In this document: piece after piece, positions 24,587 to 31,945 of the stretch
Position numbering within the stretch: the first letter of the stretch is position 1
How the letters are laid out: the number at the start of each line of letters is the position of its first letter
From: Thermoplasmatota archaeon
Lineage (GTDB): Archaea > Thermoplasmatota > Thermoplasmata > SG8-5 > JACRNV01
DNA length: 37,311 bases
NCBI GenBank assembly: GCA_040753455.1
Contig: JBFMEL010000002.1
Span: 1 to 37,311 of the forward strand
Direction: 5' to 3'
Position numbers and translations under genes: made by a program
Notes under the pieces: model-generated
Told to the model about the DNA's origin: nothing
Databases searched by the model: none
The model's input: the letters and a program-made list of their open reading frames with translations, nothing else

Positions 24587-26176
24587 ATGAAGTACGTTAT
24601 CGTCACGGGCGGAGTGATGTCTGGCTTAGGGAAGGGCATCACGGCTGCATCCATAGGGTTGCTGCTGCAGGCGCGCGGCTACTCTGTGTCTGCGATCAAG
24701 ATCGACCCATACCTGAACTGCGATGCGGGGACGATGAACCCGTACCAGCACGGCGAGGTCTATGTGCTTGAAGATGGAGGAGAGGTAGACCTGGACCTGG
24801 GGACATACGAGCGCTTCCTCTCTGCCACGCTGACGAGCGAGCACAACATCACCACAGGCAAGGTCTACAAGGCTGTGATCGAGAAAGAGCGCAGGGGGGA
24901 GTACCTGGGCAGGACCGTGCAGATCATCCCGCACATCACGAACGAGATCAAGACGAGGATACAGCAGGTGGGTGAGGGGGCGGATATCCTCCTCGTCGAG
25001 ATCGGCGGCACGGTGGGGGATATAGAGTCCATGCCCTTTCTGGAGGCAGTGAGGCAGCTGCGAAGGGAGACAGGGGGCGAGGGGAACACGGTCTTCGTGC
25101 ACACCACCCTGGTGGTGGAAATGGGGGTGGTGAAGGAGCAGAAGACGAAGCCCACACAGCATTCAGTGGGGAAGCTCCGGGAGGCTGGGATCGTCCCGGA
25201 TGCGATCGTTGCCCGCGCTGCAAGACCTTTGGAGTACGAGATCAAGCGCAAGATATCGCTCTTCTGCGACGTGCCCCTGGAGGCTGTGATCAGCGCCCCG
25301 GATGTCAAGTCGATATACTTCGTGCCGCTCATCCTCGAAGAGCAGGGGCTCACAGACTATCTCCTCAGGCGCCTGCAGCTCCCGCAGCAGGAGGGGAGGA
25401 TAGACAGATGGCGGGCATTCACAGCCAAACTCTCCCAGCCAAAGACCAAGGTGAAGATCGCGCTCGTGGGCAAGTACACCGGGCTGATGGACTCGTACCT
25501 GAGCCACATCGAGGCGTTCAGGCACGCGGGCGCTGCCGAGGAGGCAGAGGTGGAGCTGCTCTGGGTGGACAGCGAGGGGATAGAGAAGAACGGGATACCC
25601 GATGCCCTGAGAAAGGCTGATGGGATCATAGTGCCCGGCGGCTTCGGGGACAGGGGGATCGAGGGGAAGATCGCAGCGATCAGGTATGCCAGGGAGAACC
25701 GCGTGCCGTTCCAGGGCACATGTCTGGGCTTCCAGCTGGCGACGATCGAATACAGCAGATCTGTGCTGAATCTGAGCAATGCAAACAGCAGCGAGTTCAA
25801 CCCGCGCACTCCACACCCTGTCATAGATCTGCTGCCTGAGCAGCGCGGCGTGAAGGATATGGGCGCAACGATGCGCCTGGGCTCCCATGAGATCATTGTG
25901 AAGGAGGGCTCGCTGGCTCACAAGCTCTACGGCGCACTGCGCATCCATGAGCGCCACAGGCACAGATACGAGGTCAATCCCAGCTATGTGCAGCGCCTGG
26001 AGGCAGCAGGGCTGAGATACACAGGGCGCTCGAACGATGGCCTGAGGATGGAGATTCTGGAGATCAGCGATCATCCATACTTCATAGCCTCGCAGTTCCA
26101 TCCCGAATTCAAGTCCAGACCCAATGCCCCCTCCCCTCTGCATCACGGACTGGTCAGGGCAGCGCTGGAGCGTTAG
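24587..26176 (+). CDS. pyrG: CTP synthase
   Basis: [18 protein letters not shown] matches the PyrG N-terminus. The glutaminase Cys is in GTCLGFQ, and HRHRYEVN is present. The full length is about 530 aa. Confidence 0.95.
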   Translation: MKYVIVTGGVMSGLGKGITAASIGLLLQARGYSVSAIKIDPYLNCDAGTMNPYQHGEVYVLEDGGEVDLDLGTYERFLSATLTSEHNITTGKVYKAVIEKERRGEYLGRTVQIIPHITNEIKTRIQQVGEGADILLVEIGGTVGDIESMPFLEAVRQLRRETGGEGNTVFVHTTLVVEMGVVKEQKTKPTQHSVGKLREAGIVPDAIVARAARPLEYEIKRKISLFCDVPLEAVISAPDVKSIYFVPLILEEQGLTDYLLRRLQLPQQEGRIDRWRAFTAKLSQPKTKVKIALVGKYTGLMDSYLSHIEAFRHAGAAEEAEVELLWVDSEGIEKNGIPDALRKADGIIVPGGFGDRGIEGKIAAIRYARENRVPFQGTCLGFQLATIEYSRSVLNLSNANSSEFNPRTPHPVIDLLPEQRGVKDMGATMRLGSHEIIVKEGSLAHKLYGALRIHERHRHRYEVNPSYVQRLEAAGLRYTGRSNDGLRMEILEISDHPYFIASQFHPEFKSRPNAPSPLHHGLVRAALER

Positions 26177-26688
26177 GAGATCCTCTTCGCATACTCGAAG
26201 ATATCCCCGGCACTTAGGATATCCCGCTGCACCCTGGGCATGGGGAGGATGCTGCCCGCCCTCTCCTTCCCCTTGAGGATCGCGCAGGCATCGGCGTCCA
26301 CGAGGATCATATCCCCCCTCTTTACCTTTGAGGGTTCAAGGCTCTCCAGCACTAGGATGGGGAAGCCAGAGTTGATCGCGTTGCGCTTGTATATCGCGCC
26401 GTATGAATGTGAAAGAATGCAGCCGATCCCGAGGGAGCGGAAGCAGTCCACAGCCTGCTGCCTCGATGATCCAGAGCCGAAGTTGCGCCCTGCGATCACG
26501 ATATCCCCTGCCTTCGCCTCAGAAGCGAACTGCTCGTAGCCCTTCAGGTTCCCCAGCGCATACTGCCCCATCTGCGATATCTCTGTGATCGCCAGGTGGC
26601 TGTTGTGGTAGATCATGTCTGTGTCGATGTCGTCTATGAGCGCTCCGTGCCTTTCGAGGAGCCATGCCCTGCCCTCCCATCGCATCAC
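26173..26688 (-). CDS. Aconitase-family dehydratase small subunit (3-isopropylmalate dehydratase/homoaconitase, LeuD/HacB-like)
   Basis: [13 protein letters not shown] and [15 protein letters not shown] are small-subunit swivel-domain motifs. It has an ATGA overlap with the large subunit gene. Confidence 0.85.
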   Translation of the reverse strand: MMRWEGRAWLLERHGALIDDIDTDMIYHNSHLAITEISQMGQYALGNLKGYEQFASEAKAGDIVIAGRNFGSGSSRQQAVDCFRSLGIGCILSHSYGAIYKRNAINSGFPILVLESLEPSKVKRGDMILVDADACAILKGKERAGSILPMPRVQRDILSAGDIFEYAKRIS

Positions 26689-27890
26689 ACCACCTCCTCC
26701 ATCGTGGCGATCCTGCCCAGGAGCGCGGAGGCTGCAGCGGTCTCAGGGGACGCAAGGTATGTGTAGCCATCTCCCTGCTTTCCCGCGAAGTTTCTGTTGG
26801 AGGTCGAGACCTGAACCTCGTCCTTGCCGGTCATCCCTATCTGACCTGAGGCGCAGCCCCCGCAGCCTGGATTCGATACAAGGAAGCCTGCGTCCACAAG
26901 GGCTTCGATCCATCCCTCCTTCAGAAGACGCTTGTATCCCTTCATCGTTGCCGGAACTACGGAAGCCAGCACCCCATCCCTCACCTTTCTGCCCTTCACG
27001 AGCCCCGCCACCCTCGATATATCCTCGTACGTGCCGTTCGTGCATGATCCTATGAAGACCGAGTCCACCCTCACATGCCTCAGGGTCTCGACATCCACAA
27101 CAGCATCGGGTCTCGGAGGCTTGGCGATCTGCGGCTTCAACTCCGAGATATCTATCGAGCCCTCTTTGGCGTAGCGGGCGTCAGGGTCTGCGCTGATGCC
27201 CTCCACGGAGGGCATGAAAGCAGTGATCGCCCCCATCTCCGTCGCCATCGAGGCTAAGGTGATGCGCCCTGGCAGATCCAGCGCCTCTATCGCCTCTCCA
27301 TAGAACTCCACAGCCATTCCCAGCGCGCCCTTCGTGCCCAGCGTCCCGCAGACCTTCAGGGTGAGATCCTTGGCACTGCACACACTCGGCAGGCTCCCAT
27401 GGATAGGCACCCTCATCGTCTCTGGCACCTCGAACCATGTCTTCCCTGCCTTGAACACGAATGCGATGTCCTGGTCCCCCATCCCCTGACCGAACGCGCC
27501 CACTGCTCCAAGGATGTTCAGGTGGGAATCTGTGCCCACCACCGTGCTTCCCGGGCGTGCGATGCCCTCCTCGATCATCACATGGGAACCGATGCCAGCG
27601 TTGCAGTCATAGACCCTGATCCCATGCTCTCTGGCGAACCTTCGGCACAGCTGCTGGTTCGTGGCATAGGCGATGGTATTCGCAGGGGCGTTGCAGTCGA
27701 AGGTGAAGAAGGTCTTCGACGGGTCATGCACCCTTGCCCCAGGATAATGATGCTGAAAGTGCTTCACCACGCTCGCGCCGCCGAAGTCCCTCGCGCTGCG
27801 CACGTCTATGTCGATCCAGACGATTTTACCAGGTGCGACTTCTTCCTCTGTGTGCGCCTGCAGTATCTTCTCTACCATCGTCTGAGGCAT
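26685..27890 (-). CDS. Aconitase-family dehydratase large subunit (LeuC/HacA-like)
   Basis: MVEKIL is a typical N-terminus. DSH, GSCTNG and NPGCGGC supply the Fe-S cluster ligand motifs. Confidence 0.85.
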   Translation of the reverse strand: MPQTMVEKILQAHTEEEVAPGKIVWIDIDVRSARDFGGASVVKHFQHHYPGARVHDPSKTFFTFDCNAPANTIAYATNQQLCRRFAREHGIRVYDCNAGIGSHVMIEEGIARPGSTVVGTDSHLNILGAVGAFGQGMGDQDIAFVFKAGKTWFEVPETMRVPIHGSLPSVCSAKDLTLKVCGTLGTKGALGMAVEFYGEAIEALDLPGRITLASMATEMGAITAFMPSVEGISADPDARYAKEGSIDISELKPQIAKPPRPDAVVDVETLRHVRVDSVFIGSCTNGTYEDISRVAGLVKGRKVRDGVLASVVPATMKGYKRLLKEGWIEALVDAGFLVSNPGCGGCASGQIGMTGKDEVQVSTSNRNFAGKQGDGYTYLASPETAAASALLGRIATMEEVV

Positions 27891-27901
27891 AGCAACACCG
27901 A

Positions 27902-28000
27902 GGACGCATCACCTCGCACATAATTAACCTATGGGACGGGCAGCCGAGGTCTCCTGGGCAAGGGACGTATCACCTCGCACATAATTAGCCAATGGGATGG
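27902..28000. repeat. Imperfect 38-nt direct repeat (27902-27939 and 27963-28000, 34/38 identical), each carrying a TATA-like ATAATTA box, in a divergent promoter region
   Basis: GGACGCATCACCTCGCACATAATTAACCTATGGGACGG aligns with GGACGTATCACCTCGCACATAATTAGCCAATGGGATGG at an offset of 61 nt. Confidence 0.85.
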
Positions 28001-28031
28001 CTTTTTCTACTCAAACAGGGATGCATGGACG

Positions 28032-28577
28032 ATGTGGCGCGAGATCGCAGCCATAGGAAGGCAAATGGTGGCGCTGGGGATTACGCACTCCACGATGGGG
28101 AACATCAGCGCGCGAGTAGGGGATATGATGCTCATCACCCGAAAGGGCGCGGACCTCGGGAAGATACGTGAGGATAGCGTGCTCCACATCCCGATAAATG
28201 GAACGGAGAAGCACGAGTGCGCCTCCGTGGAGGCACCTGTGCACAGGAGGATATACCAGCTCACGGATGCAAAGGCAGTGGTTCACGCACATCCGGCGCA
28301 TGCAGTCGCACTCTCGATCTCGATGCGCGGGCAGATCAAGCCGTTGGACATCGAAGGGGCGCTCTACCTGGGCGAGGTTCCTGTGACCGCGGGGGAACCA
28401 GGCTCCGAAACGCTCGCGGAGAATGTTGCCCTCGCGCTCAAGGCGAGACCGGCGGTGATCGTGAGGGGGCATGGAGCGTTCACAAAGGGCTCGGACCTGG
28501 CGAGCGCCTTTAACCTCCAGGTGCTGCTGGAGCACTCCTGCAGGGTGAGATGGCTGACCGCCACCCTCCGGCGATAG
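28032..28577 (+). CDS. Class II aldolase/adducin-domain protein (fuculose-1-phosphate aldolase-like)
   Basis: GNISAR...LITRKGADLG and the metal ligands in HAHPAHAVALS are typical. The size is 181 aa. Confidence 0.75.
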   Translation: MWREIAAIGRQMVALGITHSTMGNISARVGDMMLITRKGADLGKIREDSVLHIPINGTEKHECASVEAPVHRRIYQLTDAKAVVHAHPAHAVALSISMRGQIKPLDIEGALYLGEVPVTAGEPGSETLAENVALALKARPAVIVRGHGAFTKGSDLASAFNLQVLLEHSCRVRWLTATLRR

Positions 28578-28580
28578 CCA

Positions 28581-29375
28581 CTATCCCTCTTCCAGCATCT
28601 CCCTCGGCGCGCGCGCGAAGATCTCCAATGCCTCCGCCTCCATGAAGTGGAGCTTGCCCGGGATCACAATGGAGTGCGGCGGAGGACCGAAATCCTCCCC
28701 TCTCATCCCTGCAAGATCCCCTGCCCTCAGCAGGGCATCTGGAGCGCATGCCCTTGCCACGACGCATACCAACCTCTCAGGCACAAAGATACCGCCCCTT
28801 CTGCTCCTCTCCACCTCCACCAGAATATCGAATCCCTCCCCCGCGCTCATCCACCTTCCCTGCTCCGCCTGCACGTCAAGGAGAAGGAGGCTGTGCATCC
28901 CCATCTCTAAGTTCGAGCGCACGACATCGTAGAAGCTGGTGGGCCTGTAGTGCTCAGCCCAGAAGGGTACCGTGGCTACCCTGCCGAACTTGTAGTGCTG
29001 CAGCCCGAGCAGCGAAGGGACAGCAGTGAGCGCCGAGACTCCGGGCACCACCCATGTGCGAATCCCGAGCCTCTCAGCCCTCAGGCGCATATCTATGTGC
29101 GTCGTGGCGCTCATCGGGTCCCCTGGGATCAAAAGCCCCACCTCCTTATCCTTCGCAGCATCGAGGATCGCCGCGCCATCCTCGACCGCAGACCTGCTCA
29201 GCATCTCTATCCCTTTGCCATAGAGAGATTCCATCCGCTGGGCATCCGCCCCTGGCATCAGGGAGGTGTACGTCTCCATGAAGAGCAGGTCGCACTCCTT
29301 GGCAGCCTCAAGCCCCTGAAGGGCGATCCCGCGCTCGTCATGCAGTCCCATGCCTATGAAGATCAGCTTTCCCAT
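28581..29375 (-). CDS. dphB: Diphthine synthase
   Basis: MGKLIFIGMGLHDERGIALQGLEAAKECDLLFMETYTS and LIPGDPMSATTH match the diphthine synthase tetrapyrrole-methylase fold. The start is set at ATG 29375 rather than the longer ORF start at 29522. Confidence 0.85.
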   Translation of the reverse strand: MGKLIFIGMGLHDERGIALQGLEAAKECDLLFMETYTSLMPGADAQRMESLYGKGIEMLSRSAVEDGAAILDAAKDKEVGLLIPGDPMSATTHIDMRLRAERLGIRTWVVPGVSALTAVPSLLGLQHYKFGRVATVPFWAEHYRPTSFYDVVRSNLEMGMHSLLLLDVQAEQGRWMSAGEGFDILVEVERSRRGGIFVPERLVCVVARACAPDALLRAGDLAGMRGEDFGPPPHSIVIPGKLHFMEAEALEIFARAPREMLEEG

Positions 29376-29520
29376 GCGAGCCCTGAGTGCACGGAGGAGT
29401 AAAAAAAGATTTGCGCACGGCAGGGACGCAGAGAACTCGCAGTACGATGCCCATGCAGCGCTAAAAATCAAGGACGCCGCATCGCATTCCTCGGATGCGC
29501 AGCAGTCATCAGCAAGGCTC

Positions 29521-29595
29521 ACATATATTATGATCGTTACTATAGAATTATAATTATAATTAATTTAATATATTTATACAAATATGATAATCACT
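29521..29595. promoter_or_regulatory. Extremely AT-rich tract with ATTATA-type reiterations in a divergent intergenic region
   Basis: The sequence is ACATATATTATGATCGTTACTATAGAATTATAATTATAATTAATTTAATATATTTATACAAATATGATAA. It probably holds multiple TATA boxes or a DNA-unwinding-prone region. Confidence 0.3.
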
Positions 29596-29680
29596 CGTGC
29601 AGACCGATCGTCGAGAGGGCAAAGATTATAAACGATAACAGCATTACCCTTGGCGAGGCAAAGACCTCATGGAGGTATCA

Positions 29681-29740
29681 AATGCCACCGAAGAAGAAAA
29701 AGGCAAAGAAGACCACAAAGAAGAAAACCAAAAAGAGATA
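29681..29740 (+). CDS. Possible 19-aa polybasic micro-ORF (MPPKKKKAKKTTKKKTKKR)
   Basis: ATG 29681 is preceded by GGAGGT at 29670-29675 (5-nt spacer), and the stop is TAG at 29738-29740. An overlapping acidic 28-aa frame (29668-29754) also exists. The region is a low-complexity A/G-rich run, so coding is uncertain. Confidence 0.2.
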
Positions 29741-29969
29741 GTGCGGCTCGAATGAGCTGGCAAGGGGGAGTCATTCACTATTTTTAGGATCAACGCATCC
29801 ATGAGTGCATGGGGTCATGTGCCGAGGCTGAGATTGCTTATAGCCTCGAGATGCTGCCGTGTTTTGCATATGCTCTCACCAAAGCAGGGCACAACTACTG
29901 CTCGATGTGCTGCTCGCGCTATGAGCGGAGAGGACATACGGAACAGCGATCATATCCGCTGCCAATAAT

Positions 29970-29977
29970 CTTTTTAT
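29970..29977 (+). promoter_or_regulatory. TATA-like box upstream of the folC-nth fusion gene
   Basis: CTTTTTAT lies 23-30 nt upstream of ATG 30000. Confidence 0.35.
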
Positions 29978-29999
29978 CGCCAACCATGATATCTCTTCG

Positions 30000-31913
30000 A
30001 TGGATTATCACGATGCCCTGCGGTACATCTACGGGCTTCAATATCTAGGGGTGAAGTTCGGGCTGGAGAACACGCTCGAGCTCCTGCGCCGTCTGGGCAA
30101 TCCCCACCAGAGGTACATGAGCGTGCATGTGGCAGGCACCAACGGCAAGGGCTCTGTGTGCGCCTTCATCGAACGTGTGTTGCGGGAGGCTGGGTTTCGC
30201 ACAGGGCTCTACACCTCTCCGCACCTCATCGATTACACGGAGCGCATGCAGGTCAACGGAGTACCAGCAGGAAGGGAGGAGATCGCCACGCTCTTCGAGG
30301 AGGTTAAAGGGCATATCGAGGAGATGCGCCCTGATATGCGATGCACCTTCTTCGAGACCACGACAGCCCTTGCGTTCAGGTATTTCGAGGAGAAGGGCGT
30401 GGAGATAGCGGTCGTCGAGACAGGGATGGGGGGGAGATTGGATTCCACGAACGTGATCATGCCTAAGGTGGCGGTGATTACTGATATAGGGATGGAGCAC
30501 ACCAAGCACCTGGGTTCCACGATATCGCAGATCGCGCGCGAGAAGGCGGGGATCATAAAACCAGGGGTGGATGCGGTCACCTCCGAGCAGGAGGAGGGTG
30601 CAATGACCGAGCTCTCCATGAGGGCGAGAGGTTGCGGCAGCACGCTGTACGCCCTCGGAAAGGAGTTCGATGCGGAGCGCATGTCTGTGAAGGACAGGGG
30701 GCAGCGATTATTATACAAAGGGCTATATGATAATATGACGATAGAGATCAGGCTTCTGGGAAAACATCAGGTAAGGAACGCTGCCGTTGCGCTCTGCGCG
30801 CTCGAACTTTTGAGAGAGGGTGGATTGAAGATATCGGGCCGGGCGATCAAGGGGGGGATGAAGATGGCGAAATGGCCTGCACGCCTTCAGATCATCAGGC
30901 GCAGTCCGGTGATCGTGATCGACGGGGCGCACAACCCTGCAGGTGCCGGGGCGCTCGCGGATAGCTGGGATGAGGTCTTCAGAGATCGAAGGGTCTTCGT
31001 TGTGATGGGTATCCTTGCAGACAAGGATTGCATGAGCACTGCCGCTCCACTGGTGGACAGGGCATGCGAGCTCATAGCCACCGCACCGAGGAATGAAAGG
31101 GCGCTGGCTGCATCTCGTTTTGCAGAGGTTGTGGGTGCAAGGGAATATCATGACTGCTCTGCGGATGCGATCATCGCTGCGCTGCGCAAAGCGAAAAATA
31201 GGGATGCGGTGTTAGTGGTCGGTTCGCTCTATCTTGCGGGGGAAGCCTTGTTCTTCTTCAGCGCGCTGCCCCCTGATCCGAGCGAGGTGTGCAGCAGGCT
31301 GAGAGCCGAGTACGATGTGGGAGGGGAGGAGAGGGGGGAGCGGGACCCGTTTCACGTGCTGGTCGCTACGATCCTCTCGCACCGGACGAAGGACGAGCAC
31401 ACCCATAGGGCGGCGGAGGCGCTGCTGGAGCGCTATCCCACGCCAGGGCAGCTCGCATCTGCACCCCATGAGGATATAGAGCATCTGATCCGTCCGGCAG
31501 GGTTCTACAGGGTAAAGGCGAGGTATCTCAAGGATGCGGCTAAGAAGATTGTGGAGGAGTTTGGAGGAGCCGTGCCTGGAGATATAAACAAACTGATGAG
31601 CATCCCCGCAGTCGGTCGAAAGACCGCAAACTGCGTGTTGGTCTATGGCTTTGGCATGCCTGCGATCCCTGTGGATGTGCACGTGCATCGCGTCTCGAAC
31701 AGGCTGGGGCTCGTGAGCACCACCCATCCCCATGACACAGAAGAAAGGCTCAGCGCCCTCGTGCCCAGGCAGTACTGGATCGAGATCAATCGCCTGATGG
31801 TGCGCCATGGTCAGGAGACGTGCCATCCTCTAAGGCCCAGATGCCCTGTCTGCGTGCTGCGCGATCTCTGCATGCACTGGCGTAGAACCTTTTCAGCCCC
31901 TACATCGTTGTGA
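30000..31913 (+). CDS. Fusion protein: folylpolyglutamate synthase/dihydrofolate synthase-like Mur ligase (N-terminal) + endonuclease III HhH-GPD DNA glycosylase (C-terminal)
   Basis: The N-terminal part has VAGTNGKGS (P-loop), the Mur-ligase middle domain and GSLYLAGEA at about 31221-31250. The C-terminal part starts at 31344 with DPFHVLVATILSHRTKD, the HhH motif IPAVGRKTANCVL (catalytic Lys), VDVHVHRVSNRLG (Asp) and the 4Fe-4S motif CHPLRPRCPVCVLRDLC (C-x6-C-x2-C-x5-C). A single uninterrupted frame of 637 codons covers both. Confidence 0.8.
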   Translation: MDYHDALRYIYGLQYLGVKFGLENTLELLRRLGNPHQRYMSVHVAGTNGKGSVCAFIERVLREAGFRTGLYTSPHLIDYTERMQVNGVPAGREEIATLFEEVKGHIEEMRPDMRCTFFETTTALAFRYFEEKGVEIAVVETGMGGRLDSTNVIMPKVAVITDIGMEHTKHLGSTISQIAREKAGIIKPGVDAVTSEQEEGAMTELSMRARGCGSTLYALGKEFDAERMSVKDRGQRLLYKGLYDNMTIEIRLLGKHQVRNAAVALCALELLREGGLKISGRAIKGGMKMAKWPARLQIIRRSPVIVIDGAHNPAGAGALADSWDEVFRDRRVFVVMGILADKDCMSTAAPLVDRACELIATAPRNERALAASRFAEVVGAREYHDCSADAIIAALRKAKNRDAVLVVGSLYLAGEALFFFSALPPDPSEVCSRLRAEYDVGGEERGERDPFHVLVATILSHRTKDEHTHRAAEALLERYPTPGQLASAPHEDIEHLIRPAGFYRVKARYLKDAAKKIVEEFGGAVPGDINKLMSIPAVGRKTANCVLVYGFGMPAIPVDVHVHRVSNRLGLVSTTHPHDTEERLSALVPRQYWIEINRLMVRHGQETCHPLRPRCPVCVLRDLCMHWRRTFSAPTSL

Positions 31914-31945
31914 TAGCAGTCTCATCTCCATACAGGAACGATGAA

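Noticed and set aside
24481-24654. N-terminal extension of the TPR ORF (start 24654) and of the pyrG ORF (start 24554)
   Set aside because: The two extensions overlap each other on opposite strands. The conserved protein N-termini (MDSIEEEL for the TPR protein, MKYVIVTGG for PyrG) begin at 24480 and 24587, which leaves a normal divergent intergenic region.
25163-26146. 327-aa minus-strand ORF, with ORFs 24626-25162 and 24865-25353
   Set aside because: They are antisense to or overlapping the unambiguous CTP synthase gene. These are typical shadow ORFs in GC-rich DNA.
29521-29595. AT-rich tract considered as a replication-origin unwinding element
   Set aside because: No orc1/cdc6 gene is adjacent and I found no flanking inverted ORB-like repeats. 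It is more simply explained as a divergent promoter region.
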